Shown: in pieces, positions 9,901-18,787 of the stretch
Position numbering within the stretch: position 1 is the stretch's first letter
Layout of the letters: each line of letters starts with the position of its first letter
Source: a bacterium
GTDB lineage: Bacteria > Electryoneota > Electryoneia > Electryoneales > Electryoneaceae
NCBI GenBank assembly: GCA_963675295.2
Contig: CAXXKJ010000002.1
Span: 2,976,001 to 3,040,000 of the forward strand
Reading direction: 5' to 3'
Length of the DNA stretch: 64,000 nucleotides
The notes under the pieces: generated by a model
Databases searched by the model: none
The model's input: only the letters and a program-made list of their open reading frames with translations
What the model was told of the DNA's origin: nothing
Program-made: the position numbers and the translations under genes

Positions 9901-10844
9901 TCGATTTCGATGGTGTACACACCGGCAGCGAGCCCATCAATCGTGCCGCTCAACTCGCCGGTATCCGTATCGAAGGTATAGGCTGGCGTTCCGGACGGCA
10001 GCAATTCGACGGTAATACCCGTCAGATCCGCACCGGAGGAGGTATCGGTCGGGTAGAACTGCGCCGCGAGCGGTATCGTTTCGTCCGTGCTGAAGGTTTC
10101 ACCGACATAGGGCCGGAAGCCATATCCGTACGGATGATCTTTCGGTGTCGCTTCGACGAGGCTGTTGTTGAACATGCCTCCGTCTGTGCGCGGATTGTCC
10201 GGATCCTGCATCCAGTTGTCGCCGTCGGCATGGAACTTGTAGCCGTACTGAACTTCCATCAGTTGGACGTCGTAGTAGTAGACGCCGCGCTCGTCCGGGC
10301 CGTTCATCGGCATCCCGTCGCCCCAGCCGTTAAAATCGCCCTTGAGGTATACAGTGCCCAGCTGCGCCGGAGTGTATGGGCAGTCAATGCTGCGGGAATC
10401 GAGGGTAAACCGGTGCCAGGTTGTCGCCGGCGCTTCACCGAGGTAGATGTGCCAGTCCGACCCGCCGTTGTTGTCCCAGTCGGTGCCGTTCGTGAACACG
10501 TAGTCCAGCTGTTCGACGGTGGCGTCGGTCTGGATTTCGATGTACCAGACGGTGCCCTCGTAGAAGCTGAGTGGAGATTGCACCGACATGCCCGGGTCAG
10601 CAATCTGCGTGTTCGGCGGCCACATCGATTGCGGCGGCTCGGTCCACTGGTTGATGCCCCAGTGCAGCTTGATGTTGCCGGAGGGCAGCACGCCGGGGTC
10701 GGTATCGTAGTAAATGGTAAGCAGATCGCCCGGTTCCGGATTTTCCGGTTCCCACCAGGAGACCTGCGCGTAACTCGCACTCGCGAACAGCAAGGCAAAA
10801 GTCAGGGTCAACATGGCCATGCGGCCGGTCATGTTCTTCATCAT
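6906..10844 (-). CDS. Multidomain secreted alpha-amylase (starch-binding CBMs, PKD-like domain, GH13, T9SS type-A-like CTD)
   Basis: Signal peptide ending ASYA-Q; CBM-like HWGINQW...WDNNGG and GDFNGW...YKF. GH13 motifs DQVINH, DGYRCDVAW, LAE, FMENHDE. CTD QNYPNPFNPTT...GVYFYRL...KMVLLK. Probable start 10844/10841 after GAGG. Confidence 0.93.
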   Translation of the reverse strand: MMKNMTGRMAMLTLTFALLFASASYAQVSWWEPENPEPGDLLTIYYDTDPGVLPSGNIKLHWGINQWTEPPQSMWPPNTQIADPGMSVQSPLSFYEGTVWYIEIQTDATVEQLDYVFTNGTDWDNNGGSDWHIYLGEAPATTWHRFTLDSRSIDCPYTPAQLGTVYLKGDFNGWGDGMPMNGPDERGVYYYDVQLMEVQYGYKFHADGDNWMQDPDNPRTDGGMFNNSLVEATPKDHPYGYGFRPYVGETFSTDETIPLAAQFYPTDTSSGADLTGITVELLPSGTPAYTFDTDTGELSGTIDGLAAGVYTIEIEVSDSEGNAENFYWGFIVDGDDDGFHAFDSDPMVTDADGPGSYTAPTTTAAVDLVSLTITEEDAGETMAFALEQVLIGDESRVMIQISSTDGTAPETNPDFATEMSLRDFNGVGVQMVLADPSSPGYDSAIHNRLITGRDPVEYGAAFDVTVDASGDVDQWQFELPVADLEAVMGSYGSDWYFSVYSFFEGFDPTVGHSWEIGLDNGGIAEDYDPDAFDMMFVDEYALQHILFTNHTLGRNVTLDAEGRGIAAISPDEIGPNIGSSGPVLRWLTRDWSTVQDSKTLYAEIEDDNVDLTIHHSWSDGETDYDLGTVTAGELTYDVTLQEGSNLFQLVGTLNNETSVSSELEVFHNTPQAPVAEMNVTVDGDEITLSAGGSYDPQDQPIMYQWTADPDNPEAVTLSGASSSVATCAVPATLGEYYFDLTLEDTDGNITHARTLFDVNADGVDPFDIDESVDWVQSAIVYEIYVRSYDDSESLDAITMNMWRIANMGYTCIWLMPINPGPSTHGYAITDYYGIEEDYGTLDDFEQLVDAAHSYGIKVVMDQVINHSAIEHPWMQDAIANGEASNTYDWYDRDINGNYTYYYDWTSLPNLNYDNPDLRHYMVEMAKWWIQEYDVDGYRCDVAWGVQERNPNFWPEWRTALKTIKPECFLLAEAGVNDFTYLTDRFDSAYDWDLHHGSGDSFRDLFGSSFTDPQGIHDRVTNFGFDYPDYTFPFRFMENHDEVRYIAENSAVQTKSAATMLMTIPGIPLIYAGQEVGEESQRGLIGWDDDPYNLEGFYGTLIEMRRRLPALYSTESEFLTNTVSDYVYSYGRWMEGENTVVVALNISGAERSVDITLPVDDWGYEAGEDYYLTDVFTNVSTQVTGAELATISHTLPAYTANAWVIADTSFVLDVPEHVQLPENYSLGQNYPNPFNPTTQIQFTLGKPGQVQLAVYNVLGQRVATLLNERMTAGAHTVTFDGQDQFGQTLASGVYFYRLEAGDFVRSRKMVLLK

Positions 10845-10887
10845 GAACCTCGATGCGTCAGTATCAAAAATGCAGCGCTTGTTTGCG

Positions 10888-12234
10888 TTATTGCAGCTGG
10901 AAGACACGGAAACCGTAACCCGTAACCGTGAACTCGCCATCCAGCGGTGACGAATCAATCACATCCACGAAGTCGCCCGCACCCAGGCTCGGCGAACGTT
11001 CGACCTTCGCGTCTTCTGCTCCGAAGTTGATCGCGACCAGCATCCGTTCGTCGTCGTGAATCCGTTGGAACAACAGGACGTTTTCGTCTTCGTACGGCAA
11101 CCTCACAGTAGATCCCTCGCGGAGTACGGCGTGCTGCGTACGCAACGCCAACAACTCACGGTAGAAGGCTTCGATGTCCGTGTTTCCGGCCTGCCAGTCG
11201 ATCGGTTCGTCTTCGAACAGGCTCGGCTTGTGCGTTTCGCCGATCTCCTGCCCGGTGTACAGCAGGGGTATGCCGGGCAGCGTATAAATCAATGCGCCGT
11301 AAGGCCGCAGATTTGGCCAGCCGAAGGCTTCGGCGGCACGGGGTTCATCGTGATTCTCGATGAACCGCATCGGCTGCTTCCCCGGCGGATAGATCCTGTG
11401 CTTCTGTTCGACTGCGGACCACAGGCTGTCGGTGCTGATCCCGCCGTGTGCGTGGTCTTTCATCCGGTGGTACAGATTCCAGTCGTACGCGGCGTTGAAG
11501 CCGGTGTCCAGAATCCACGGGTCTTCCCATTCCGCCAGCATGAACACATTCGGTTTACGCTCGCGAAGCTGTGGAATCGCCTGTTCCCAGAAATCGGCGG
11601 GCACCATGCCGGCTACGTCGCAACGGTACCCATCGACATCCGCCTCCTCGATCCAGTGGACGAGTGAGCCGATCAGGTAATTCCTCGCACCTTCGCTATC
11701 GTGATCCCAGTCGGTGATGTCTGACCAGTCGGCGACTTCGCGTGTGAAGTTGCCGTTTTCATCCTTCATGTACCAGTCGGGGTGTTCGCTCATCAGGTGA
11801 TGATCATTGGCGCTGTGATTCATCACGACGTCGAGAATGACCGCCATATCGCGTTCGTGGGCTTCCTTGACCAGCGTTTTCAGATCGTCCAGCGTGCCAT
11901 ATTCATCGCCAATTTTGTAATAATCCTGGACCGAATAAGGGCTTCCGGCGGTGCCCTTGCGACCTTCGACTCCGACCGGGAAGATCGGCATCAGCCACAG
12001 GGTTTTGACGCCGAGATTCTGCAACCGGTCCAGATCCGTGGTCAACGCAGCGAGGGTGCCGTCGTCCGAATACGCTCTCAGGTAGACCTCATACAATGGC
12101 TGGCCCATGAACCAGTCCTCCGCGTCGCTGACGTCCGTGGCGGGTGGCGTCTCCTGTTTCGCGCAGCCGAAGCTGATGATGCCGATGGCGATAGCGAACA
12201 GAGTCGCGCGAAGAATCGAATTTCGCAGAGTCAT
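10888..12234 (-). CDS. GH13 alpha-amylase-family lipoprotein
   Basis: Lipobox ISFGC; GSPYSVQDY, DVVMNH, DGYRCDVAG, LAEWE, FIENHDE. Start refined to ATG 12234. Confidence 0.92.
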   Translation of the reverse strand: MTLRNSILRATLFAIAIGIISFGCAKQETPPATDVSDAEDWFMGQPLYEVYLRAYSDDGTLAALTTDLDRLQNLGVKTLWLMPIFPVGVEGRKGTAGSPYSVQDYYKIGDEYGTLDDLKTLVKEAHERDMAVILDVVMNHSANDHHLMSEHPDWYMKDENGNFTREVADWSDITDWDHDSEGARNYLIGSLVHWIEEADVDGYRCDVAGMVPADFWEQAIPQLRERKPNVFMLAEWEDPWILDTGFNAAYDWNLYHRMKDHAHGGISTDSLWSAVEQKHRIYPPGKQPMRFIENHDEPRAAEAFGWPNLRPYGALIYTLPGIPLLYTGQEIGETHKPSLFEDEPIDWQAGNTDIEAFYRELLALRTQHAVLREGSTVRLPYEDENVLLFQRIHDDERMLVAINFGAEDAKVERSPSLGAGDFVDVIDSSPLDGEFTVTGYGFRVFQLQ

Positions 12235-12355
12235 CGTGAATTCCTCACAAGCCACGGAATCCCGTCCCGCGCCCAACGTGACGAGGTGATGGTACAATGT
12301 ACAGGTATGTCCCAGTGCGGTAATCGAAGAAATGGTACCGCACTCTGCTGTCTGT

Positions 12356-12391
12356 AAAAAGGGAGGGAAGACGGCGTGTCCTCCCTCCCCC
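12356..12391 (-). terminator. Intrinsic terminator after the 12431-13924 gene
   Basis: On the minus strand: GGGAGGGAGGAC-ACGCC-GTCTTCCCTCCC-TTTTT. Confidence 0.8.
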
Positions 12392-12430
12392 ATCGTCCTG
12401 CAAACGAACCGGCGCGAGCCGGATCGACGC

Positions 12431-13924
12431 TTACTTCATCAGCATCATCTTCTTCGTCTGGGTCATGCCAAGGGCTTCCACACGATAGAAGTAGACACCA
12501 CTGGACAGCCCGGCCATGTCGAGGTTCAACTCGAACTTGCCGGCGCCAAGCGTGCCCATATCACGGTTGATGACTTCCTGGCCGGTAACGTTGAAGACAC
12601 GCAGAGTGGTCTTGCCCGGAGCCGGAAGCGTGAACGCAATCGTGGTGTTCGGGTTGAACGGATTCGGGTAGTTCTGCTCCAGCGCGAACTCAGTCGGAAC
12701 CGTCGCGGTCGGAACTTCACGGACGCTCAGGTAATCGTCGTAAAGGCTGCCGTTCTCACCGAACTGATCTTCGACGGTCCAGGTCGGCTGGTCAGCCGGC
12801 AGTTCGCGGAAGCGGTTTTCACCCTGTCCGGACTCATTGTCCCAGCCATGGCAGCCGTACTTGTACGTAAAGTTGATGGGAGTACCTTCGGGGAACTCAA
12901 TGGTGCAGGTAAAGATCGAGTCACCAGCGACGAGGTCCGGTGCGATACCATCATCGTACAGGTTGTAGTTACCCGGATCGCCCTGAGTCCAGTTCCAGTT
13001 GTTGTCCCATGGGCCGGTGATGATGAAGAATTCGATGCTGTCGATCTCGGCGTCCACCAACTCCGGGATGCCCACGTCCGCGTGCTTCTTGATCGCCGGA
13101 CGGCCATCAAGGTAGTAGGTGACGGTCAAATCCTGGTTGATCCCACCCGGGTTGTCTGCCCAGTAGACCGGATCAAGGACGATTTCCTTGTAGCCGTTGT
13201 TGTTGTTATCCGGTTCGTCACCGGTCGCGACGAGAATACGGTCACCACCCGGCGGTTCTTCCCAGATAACCGGATCACCCTGGTTGTTGCCCTCATCGAT
13301 GAGGAACTTGTACGGCAGGTCGGTGTTGGTTTCCAGGCTTTCGAACGTAATCAGCGCTGCGTAAATATCCTCACCACCACCCTGCAACGTCAGCTGCGTG
13401 TACCCGCCCCAGTTGCCGAGGGCTTCGTGGCCACCGCGAATGATCACACCGTCTTCCGCCGGGTCGAACGCTTCGGTCTGAATCGCGACCGTCATGTCGA
13501 CCTGGAAGATGATTTCGTACGGATAGGTCGGGTTCGCGGAGTTCTGGTCGTTGAAGAACAGAATGTCCAGAACCGTGTCATCGTCCGGGGCGGTCATCGC
13601 GCGGTCGGCGATGCTTTCCCAGGTCAGGTTCGCAAAGTCTCCGCCGTTGGCGATTACGAATTTGAAGTTGTACTCGGTACCGGCTTCAAGCTCGACAGTC
13701 GTTTCGTACACCAAGTCTTCGTCTGGATCCAGCATACGGTCCGAGGGGTTACCCCAACCGTTCATGGAACCGTTCAGGCCGACGGAATCTGCATCGGCGT
13801 CAAAATTACCCAGCTGATCCTGGATGGACATGTCAACGCGGAAGGTCACGTTGACGGCTGACGCCATCCCGGCGATCAACAACAGGGCAATCGCGATCAA
13901 ACCAACTTTCTGCAACGATCGCAT
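12431..13924 (-). CDS. Non-catalytic secreted protein with three tandem CBM20-like/Ig domains and a T9SS type-A-like CTD
   Basis: Signal peptide; repeated VTFRVDM / IIFQVDM / VTYYLDG...Y(K)F/YKY units; LYDDG..D..AGD motif; CTD EQNYPNPFNP...KKMMLMK. No catalytic motif seen. Confidence 0.75.
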   Translation of the reverse strand: MRSLQKVGLIAIALLLIAGMASAVNVTFRVDMSIQDQLGNFDADADSVGLNGSMNGWGNPSDRMLDPDEDLVYETTVELEAGTEYNFKFVIANGGDFANLTWESIADRAMTAPDDDTVLDILFFNDQNSANPTYPYEIIFQVDMTVAIQTEAFDPAEDGVIIRGGHEALGNWGGYTQLTLQGGGEDIYAALITFESLETNTDLPYKFLIDEGNNQGDPVIWEEPPGGDRILVATGDEPDNNNNGYKEIVLDPVYWADNPGGINQDLTVTYYLDGRPAIKKHADVGIPELVDAEIDSIEFFIITGPWDNNWNWTQGDPGNYNLYDDGIAPDLVAGDSIFTCTIEFPEGTPINFTYKYGCHGWDNESGQGENRFRELPADQPTWTVEDQFGENGSLYDDYLSVREVPTATVPTEFALEQNYPNPFNPNTTIAFTLPAPGKTTLRVFNVTGQEVINRDMGTLGAGKFELNLDMAGLSSGVYFYRVEALGMTQTKKMMLMK

Positions 13925-13939
13925 GTTTACTCTCCTTTG

Positions 13940-13967
13940 TGTAACGTTTGCTATCTAACGTTTGCAA
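13940..13967. promoter_or_regulatory. Tandem LacI-family-like operators (TAACGTTTGC x2)
   Basis: tgTAACGTTTGCtatcTAACGTTTGCaa lies immediately upstream of the RBS of the 13924 gene and matches the GnAAnCGnTTnC pattern. Confidence 0.55.
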
Positions 13968-14001
13968 GTATGCCTTGCGATTTTACTTCCAGGGGGCCAA
14001 C

Positions 14002-15072
14002 TCAGAATTTAAGGTTCAACGAGTACTTGTGCACGTTTCCCAATCGATCAAAGCTCTCGAAAGCGTAGTCAACACCCAGTCCGAACATGCCACTGATGTT
14101 GAACATCAACCCGCCGCCGCAGGTGAATCCGCCGCCGTTATCCGGCTCGAACAGGTTGAACTCTTCATCGTACGTCCCGGGCCGCATCGCCCGCAGGCCG
14201 GCCCGCAGGAAGTACATCTCCTGGAAACCATATTCCATGCCGACATTGTACGATTCGGTGTTGTCGTTCGGCACAACCCAGTCCGCGGCGTACGTTAGCC
14301 GGTGGGATTGGGATTGAATGAATTCGCCAGACACGCCGAGCCGCAGCGTCAGCGGCAGCTTCCACTGGTCGGTATCGTATTCGGCGGTGACGAGTTCGTT
14401 GTTGCCTTCGCGACTGGCGTCCGGGTCATGGTAAACCAGCAGGTCCTTGCCCGACATCTGCATCTTCGACCCGAAGTTGCTGATGTTCATGCCGAGCCGC
14501 ATATCCTTGAACGGCGTCACGAACAGGGTTCCGATGTCGAACGCGTACCCGCTCGCTTTTTCGTTCCAGATTTTCTGGTGGATGTACTTGACCGACCCGC
14601 CGATGCTGAACTTGTCATAGAAGCGGTAGGCGTAGTGCCCGGCAATGGCGAGGTCGTAGCTGTTGAAGAACAGGCCGGTACCGTCCTGCTGCAGCACGGT
14701 GGTCTGTTCCATTTCGCCAACGTTCAGCAGAGTCGTGGACAAACCCACGGTCCCCGCCGCTCCCATTGGAAAAACCGCGCCGATGTATTCGAAGTTCATG
14801 TCGGCGAGCCACGTGCTGTGGACCAGCAACATTTCCATCTGGTTCAGGTTGCCGAGTCCGGCCGGGTTCCAGTACAGCGCGTTGGCGTCGTCCGCAACCG
14901 CAACGAACGCGCCGCCCATCGCCTGCGGACGTGTGCCAATGCCGATGGTGAGGAACGGTGCGGCGGTTGTGCCGACCTTGTTCTGGGCGTACACAGTTTC
15001 AGGCGCGATCAAGCCGGCAAGCAGGACCACCGCCAACAAAGCCGTAGCCAGGGTGCGTACTGTCGTCGTCAT
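14002..15072 (-). CDS. PorV/PorQ-family (UPF0164, FadL-like) outer-membrane beta-barrel
   Basis: GTTAAPFLTIGIGTRPQAMGGAFVA...ALYWNPAGL signature; C-terminal F. Start ATG 15072 after GAGGGA. Confidence 0.88.
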   Translation of the reverse strand: MTTTVRTLATALLAVVLLAGLIAPETVYAQNKVGTTAAPFLTIGIGTRPQAMGGAFVAVADDANALYWNPAGLGNLNQMEMLLVHSTWLADMNFEYIGAVFPMGAAGTVGLSTTLLNVGEMEQTTVLQQDGTGLFFNSYDLAIAGHYAYRFYDKFSIGGSVKYIHQKIWNEKASGYAFDIGTLFVTPFKDMRLGMNISNFGSKMQMSGKDLLVYHDPDASREGNNELVTAEYDTDQWKLPLTLRLGVSGEFIQSQSHRLTYAADWVVPNDNTESYNVGMEYGFQEMYFLRAGLRAMRPGTYDEEFNLFEPDNGGGFTCGGGLMFNISGMFGLGVDYAFESFDRLGNVHKYSLNLKF

Positions 15073-15083
15073 GCGTTGCTCCC

Positions 15084-18000
15084 TCACTTGATCACCGCGA
15101 ATTTGCCAACGTGTTCGCCCCATGGCGAATCAACGTGGTATACGTAAATGCCGTACGCGACATCCAGTCCGTCCATGTTGCGCAGATCCCAGTTCTCACT
15201 GCCGTCAAAGATCGACTCGTTGTGCTCGATCGTATCAACCAGCTCACCGCGCACGGTGTAAATGCGAATGGTGCATTTTCTCGGCAGATGGTTGAAGGTG
15301 ATGCGGCGCTCCCCGCGTCCTGAGGAATACGGGTTGGACGGTTCCTGCACGTTCGCCGCGAGGTACGGATTCGGGTACACCTTGATCCGGTCGAGATCAA
15401 TTTCATCCCGATCGACCTTGGCCGATTCGGAATCGAAGTTGAATACGTCGTCCGTTGCGATCGGGTTGTACTGGCTGAGGTTGAGGACGTCTCCCCCACG
15501 CGGCGGGTAGATATGGCCGAGACCCCGGTCCTCGTTAACCAGTTCCTGGAACAGGATGGCCCAGGTTGCCACCGTATCAATGTCGCCGTCGTTGTCCGCA
15601 TCGTACAGGTCGAGCAGCGAAATCTCACTCTTGTTGTTGATCTTGCCGTCGTTCGTCTCGCCACCTTCCGGCGCCGTGTTGTCCGCGAACAGGATCAGCG
15701 GTTCGTTACCAAGGGTAAGATTCTCGACCTTGAAATAGATCGGCATCGCCGTCCAGTTGGCGAAGAATCCCCTGTGGTATTCCAGGGATGTGTCTACCAC
15801 CTCATTGTAGAAGGTGACACGGTAGTCGGACGCTGTCGAATCCCCGACGAAATTGTCGACCAGGAAACTGATCGGGCTCATGGTGAACGTCAGCATCGAA
15901 TCTTCATCCACGGCGTTGTACAGATCCCAGCCGGACTGCGCAGAGATGAACCGTGCTGGACGGCGGGGTAGCAGCATGAACGCGCGCAATCCTTCGAAAA
16001 TTGGAGTTTCGACGACGTCGAAGAAGCTCTCGACATTCAACAGACCGTCCCCATTGCCGTACGTCGAGTCGAGGAACGTGTCGTACATGTCGAAAACGCG
16101 TTTCGAATTGAACCGGTCAGCCAGGGTCCCGTTTCTGATGACGGTTTTGTAGCCGCCCCGGTCCCCGTAACGCGTGATTTTGTAGCGTGTGGCCCGCCGG
16201 AGTGAATCCGGATCGCTGAAGGTGAACTCATAATCCTTGTTGTCCAGCACCAGCGTCGGGTCAACCACTTCCACGTGAATGAACGCGTCCGCCGATCCTG
16301 CAAGCGGTTCCGCGCTACCTTCGACCGGAGCCTTGTAACCGTTGGCTGTCGGGCTTGGGGTCACGACGACCGTGTTCTGGTCGGTCTTCACTTCGCCGGT
16401 TTCATCAACGAAGATGTACTTGGAAGTTTCCGCCGGAAACACGCCGGTGGAATCGTTGCCGAAGTCGTAGGACGTGACAGCGTAGTAGTACTGTTGCCCG
16501 TTTTCGACCGTTGTATCTGTCCACACGTGCTGTAACCCGGTATCCTCACCGAGGTAGAACGACACGCCGATGTCACCGGCGGAGAAGAATCCGGCCTTTC
16601 CGTCCTTGAGATCGAATTGTTCAATCGGCTTGTGGAATACTTTGCGGCCGAGACCGTCCGTGATGACGTAATTCTCGAGGAAGCCCGGGTCGGTCGCACG
16701 GTAGATCTTGTAGCCTTCGAAGTCGAACTTGTCTTCGACGGGCTGGGACGGATCTTCCGAAAACTCGGCCTTGTCGTCCCAGTACAGGGTGACGAACCCA
16801 TCCCCCGCCACCGCGGTCACCGTCGGCTTCTCTGGTGGGCGGGCGAAGTTGTAGTTGCTGTCGTAAATCTGCTGAACGGTGCGCTTGTTGAGGAACACGT
16901 CCACCGAGTCTTCACCGAAGAACAGCGCGGTGGAGAAACGTTGCGTATTGCCGGACGGGAGCGGGAAATACCCGGAACCGTACATGAAGTCACCATCCAT
17001 CGCCCGGCCGGGGACAACGTCGATGTTACCGGGTTTCATCCGGTTCCACATGTCGTTGTCGTTGCGCAACCTCAGAGCGGAGGCGGACTCGATATCGAAG
17101 TAGTCAAACGAGGTGAGGCCGATCTGGTCGGACTCATCGATGTCCGTCTTGTCGAAGTGCGGTTCACCGTTGTCCGGCTGGCCGTTGCCTTCGCCAAAAT
17201 CCCTGGTGCCTGCCTGGCCGTCAAAGCCGACGTCGTCGGTTCTCGGGTCCCAGTCGCCGTCGTTGTCGATCCCGTCGTTACGGGCTTCGTCAATCATCAG
17301 GTCGTTCAGCCCCGCGCCAGTGAAGTAGTCGATGTAGGCGTAGCCAACGTGGTCGAGGCGCTGGTCAACCGAATCTGACGGCGGCACATAACGTTCGTCG
17401 ATCAACCCGTTGAAGTTGTCGTCGAAGTTGTTGTAGCCATCTTCAATCAGCAGGCTGTCCGCGTACAGCGTGCGGGTCGTGCCGCGGAAATCGTACTCGA
17501 GCACGCCGGACTCAGGCATCGTGACAACGGTACGTTCGTAGGTGTTGTAGTCGATCAACACCAGTTCCGAGTTGGGATTGCGGTGAATCCCATCCTCTGT
17601 CCATTCACGCAATTGCGCTTCGGTGAGAATCGGAGCGTTTCCCGTGTAGTCGCCGTCGTTGTCGATGCCGTCGAATTCGTTGCCCGGAGATTCGAGGAAT
17701 GCGTATCCGATCCAGCCGACATCATGATCATCGTTTACCGGCACCCAGCCGTAGGTTCGTGAGGGGCCGTTGTTTTCATCGTAGGAATAGGTGATGTCGT
17801 TGTCCGGATCGAAGAACGCGAGATCGTCGTCTGTATCCTCGCGGCCACCGGCCAGTGTGCCGACAACCATGCCGAAAACGACCTTATCGTAGTTGTAGTC
17901 ACTGATGTTGGCGATCTCGTACTGCCAGACGATAGCGTCTTCCGCGAGGAAGTGCGACCACTGGAAGCCGCGCGCGGCAACGCGAATCCCCATCCCGCCA

Positions 18001-18776
18001 CGTGTGGTGTCATCCGCGGTCGGGTAATAGATCATTTCGATCGGGTTGTTCTCTTCATCACGCACGATCTCACCGGTTTCCGGATCTTTAAGGTATTCCA
18101 TCCGGAATTCGCGGTCGGCGTTATCATCCATCTGCCAGTAGGATTCCTGGTCAGCGTTGGTGACATCCTTGCCGAAGTAGCCGTTCCATTTCCCCGCCCA
18201 GCCCGGATCGTTCGTGTCCATCTCCCAGAGAATGTCGCGAGCGTCGCTAAATTGTTTATCAGGCCAGAAAACGGGCCACGTTTCGGGTTGGTGGCTCATC
18301 GCAACGAGGCCGGCCGCGCCCGGATCGTCGGAGGCTTGATCCGGCGGGGCACCAAATCCCGGCAGCGCTTCAAACCCCCAGTGGACGCCGCTCGGGCTGA
18401 CATCGTCGGTTCCACGTGGCGACCGGCAGGTGATCACGGAGTGAATCACATCGTTGGACGGGTGGACATACTCGACTCCGACGCAGATCGTCACGTCACC
18501 GACATACTCGTTACCCGTGCCCAACGGCCATTCGCCGGAGATCTCACTGATATTCCCAACGAGACCGTAGTTATAGAAAATCGTCCGGACCTTGTTGCCG
18601 CTATGGATGTTCTCATAGCTGTAAAGCCGATTGCCCTTGTACTGCGACGGCACCTGCGCCTGGCTCACCGGCAGCATCGCCAGGACAAACAACAGCAGCA
18701 ATCCGGTCACGAGAATCTTGTTCATCAATGTTATCCTCAGCTGAATCCGAGGGATGCCCATGTCTGGTCCATTCAC
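15084..18776 (-). CDS. Large secreted protein with DxDxDG Ca-binding-like repeats, FN3-like domain and variant T9SS-like CTD
   Basis: Signal peptide from M at 18725; DGIDNDGD twice plus DDNFNGLIDE; FN3-like VTLYWD...FEGYKIYR...YYYAVTSYD; C-terminal IKVYPNPY...KFAVIK. Start is 18776 (GTG) or 18725 (ATG). Confidence 0.8.
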   Translation of the reverse strand: MNGPDMGIPRIQLRITLMNKILVTGLLLLFVLAMLPVSQAQVPSQYKGNRLYSYENIHSGNKVRTIFYNYGLVGNISEISGEWPLGTGNEYVGDVTICVGVEYVHPSNDVIHSVITCRSPRGTDDVSPSGVHWGFEALPGFGAPPDQASDDPGAAGLVAMSHQPETWPVFWPDKQFSDARDILWEMDTNDPGWAGKWNGYFGKDVTNADQESYWQMDDNADREFRMEYLKDPETGEIVRDEENNPIEMIYYPTADDTTRGGMGIRVAARGFQWSHFLAEDAIVWQYEIANISDYNYDKVVFGMVVGTLAGGREDTDDDLAFFDPDNDITYSYDENNGPSRTYGWVPVNDDHDVGWIGYAFLESPGNEFDGIDNDGDYTGNAPILTEAQLREWTEDGIHRNPNSELVLIDYNTYERTVVTMPESGVLEYDFRGTTRTLYADSLLIEDGYNNFDDNFNGLIDERYVPPSDSVDQRLDHVGYAYIDYFTGAGLNDLMIDEARNDGIDNDGDWDPRTDDVGFDGQAGTRDFGEGNGQPDNGEPHFDKTDIDESDQIGLTSFDYFDIESASALRLRNDNDMWNRMKPGNIDVVPGRAMDGDFMYGSGYFPLPSGNTQRFSTALFFGEDSVDVFLNKRTVQQIYDSNYNFARPPEKPTVTAVAGDGFVTLYWDDKAEFSEDPSQPVEDKFDFEGYKIYRATDPGFLENYVITDGLGRKVFHKPIEQFDLKDGKAGFFSAGDIGVSFYLGEDTGLQHVWTDTTVENGQQYYYAVTSYDFGNDSTGVFPAETSKYIFVDETGEVKTDQNTVVVTPSPTANGYKAPVEGSAEPLAGSADAFIHVEVVDPTLVLDNKDYEFTFSDPDSLRRATRYKITRYGDRGGYKTVIRNGTLADRFNSKRVFDMYDTFLDSTYGNGDGLLNVESFFDVVETPIFEGLRAFMLLPRRPARFISAQSGWDLYNAVDEDSMLTFTMSPISFLVDNFVGDSTASDYRVTFYNEVVDTSLEYHRGFFANWTAMPIYFKVENLTLGNEPLILFADNTAPEGGETNDGKINNKSEISLLDLYDADNDGDIDTVATWAILFQELVNEDRGLGHIYPPRGGDVLNLSQYNPIATDDVFNFDSESAKVDRDEIDLDRIKVYPNPYLAANVQEPSNPYSSGRGERRITFNHLPRKCTIRIYTVRGELVDTIEHNESIFDGSENWDLRNMDGLDVAYGIYVYHVDSPWGEHVGKFAVIK

Positions 18777-18787
18777 GGTTACCTCCC

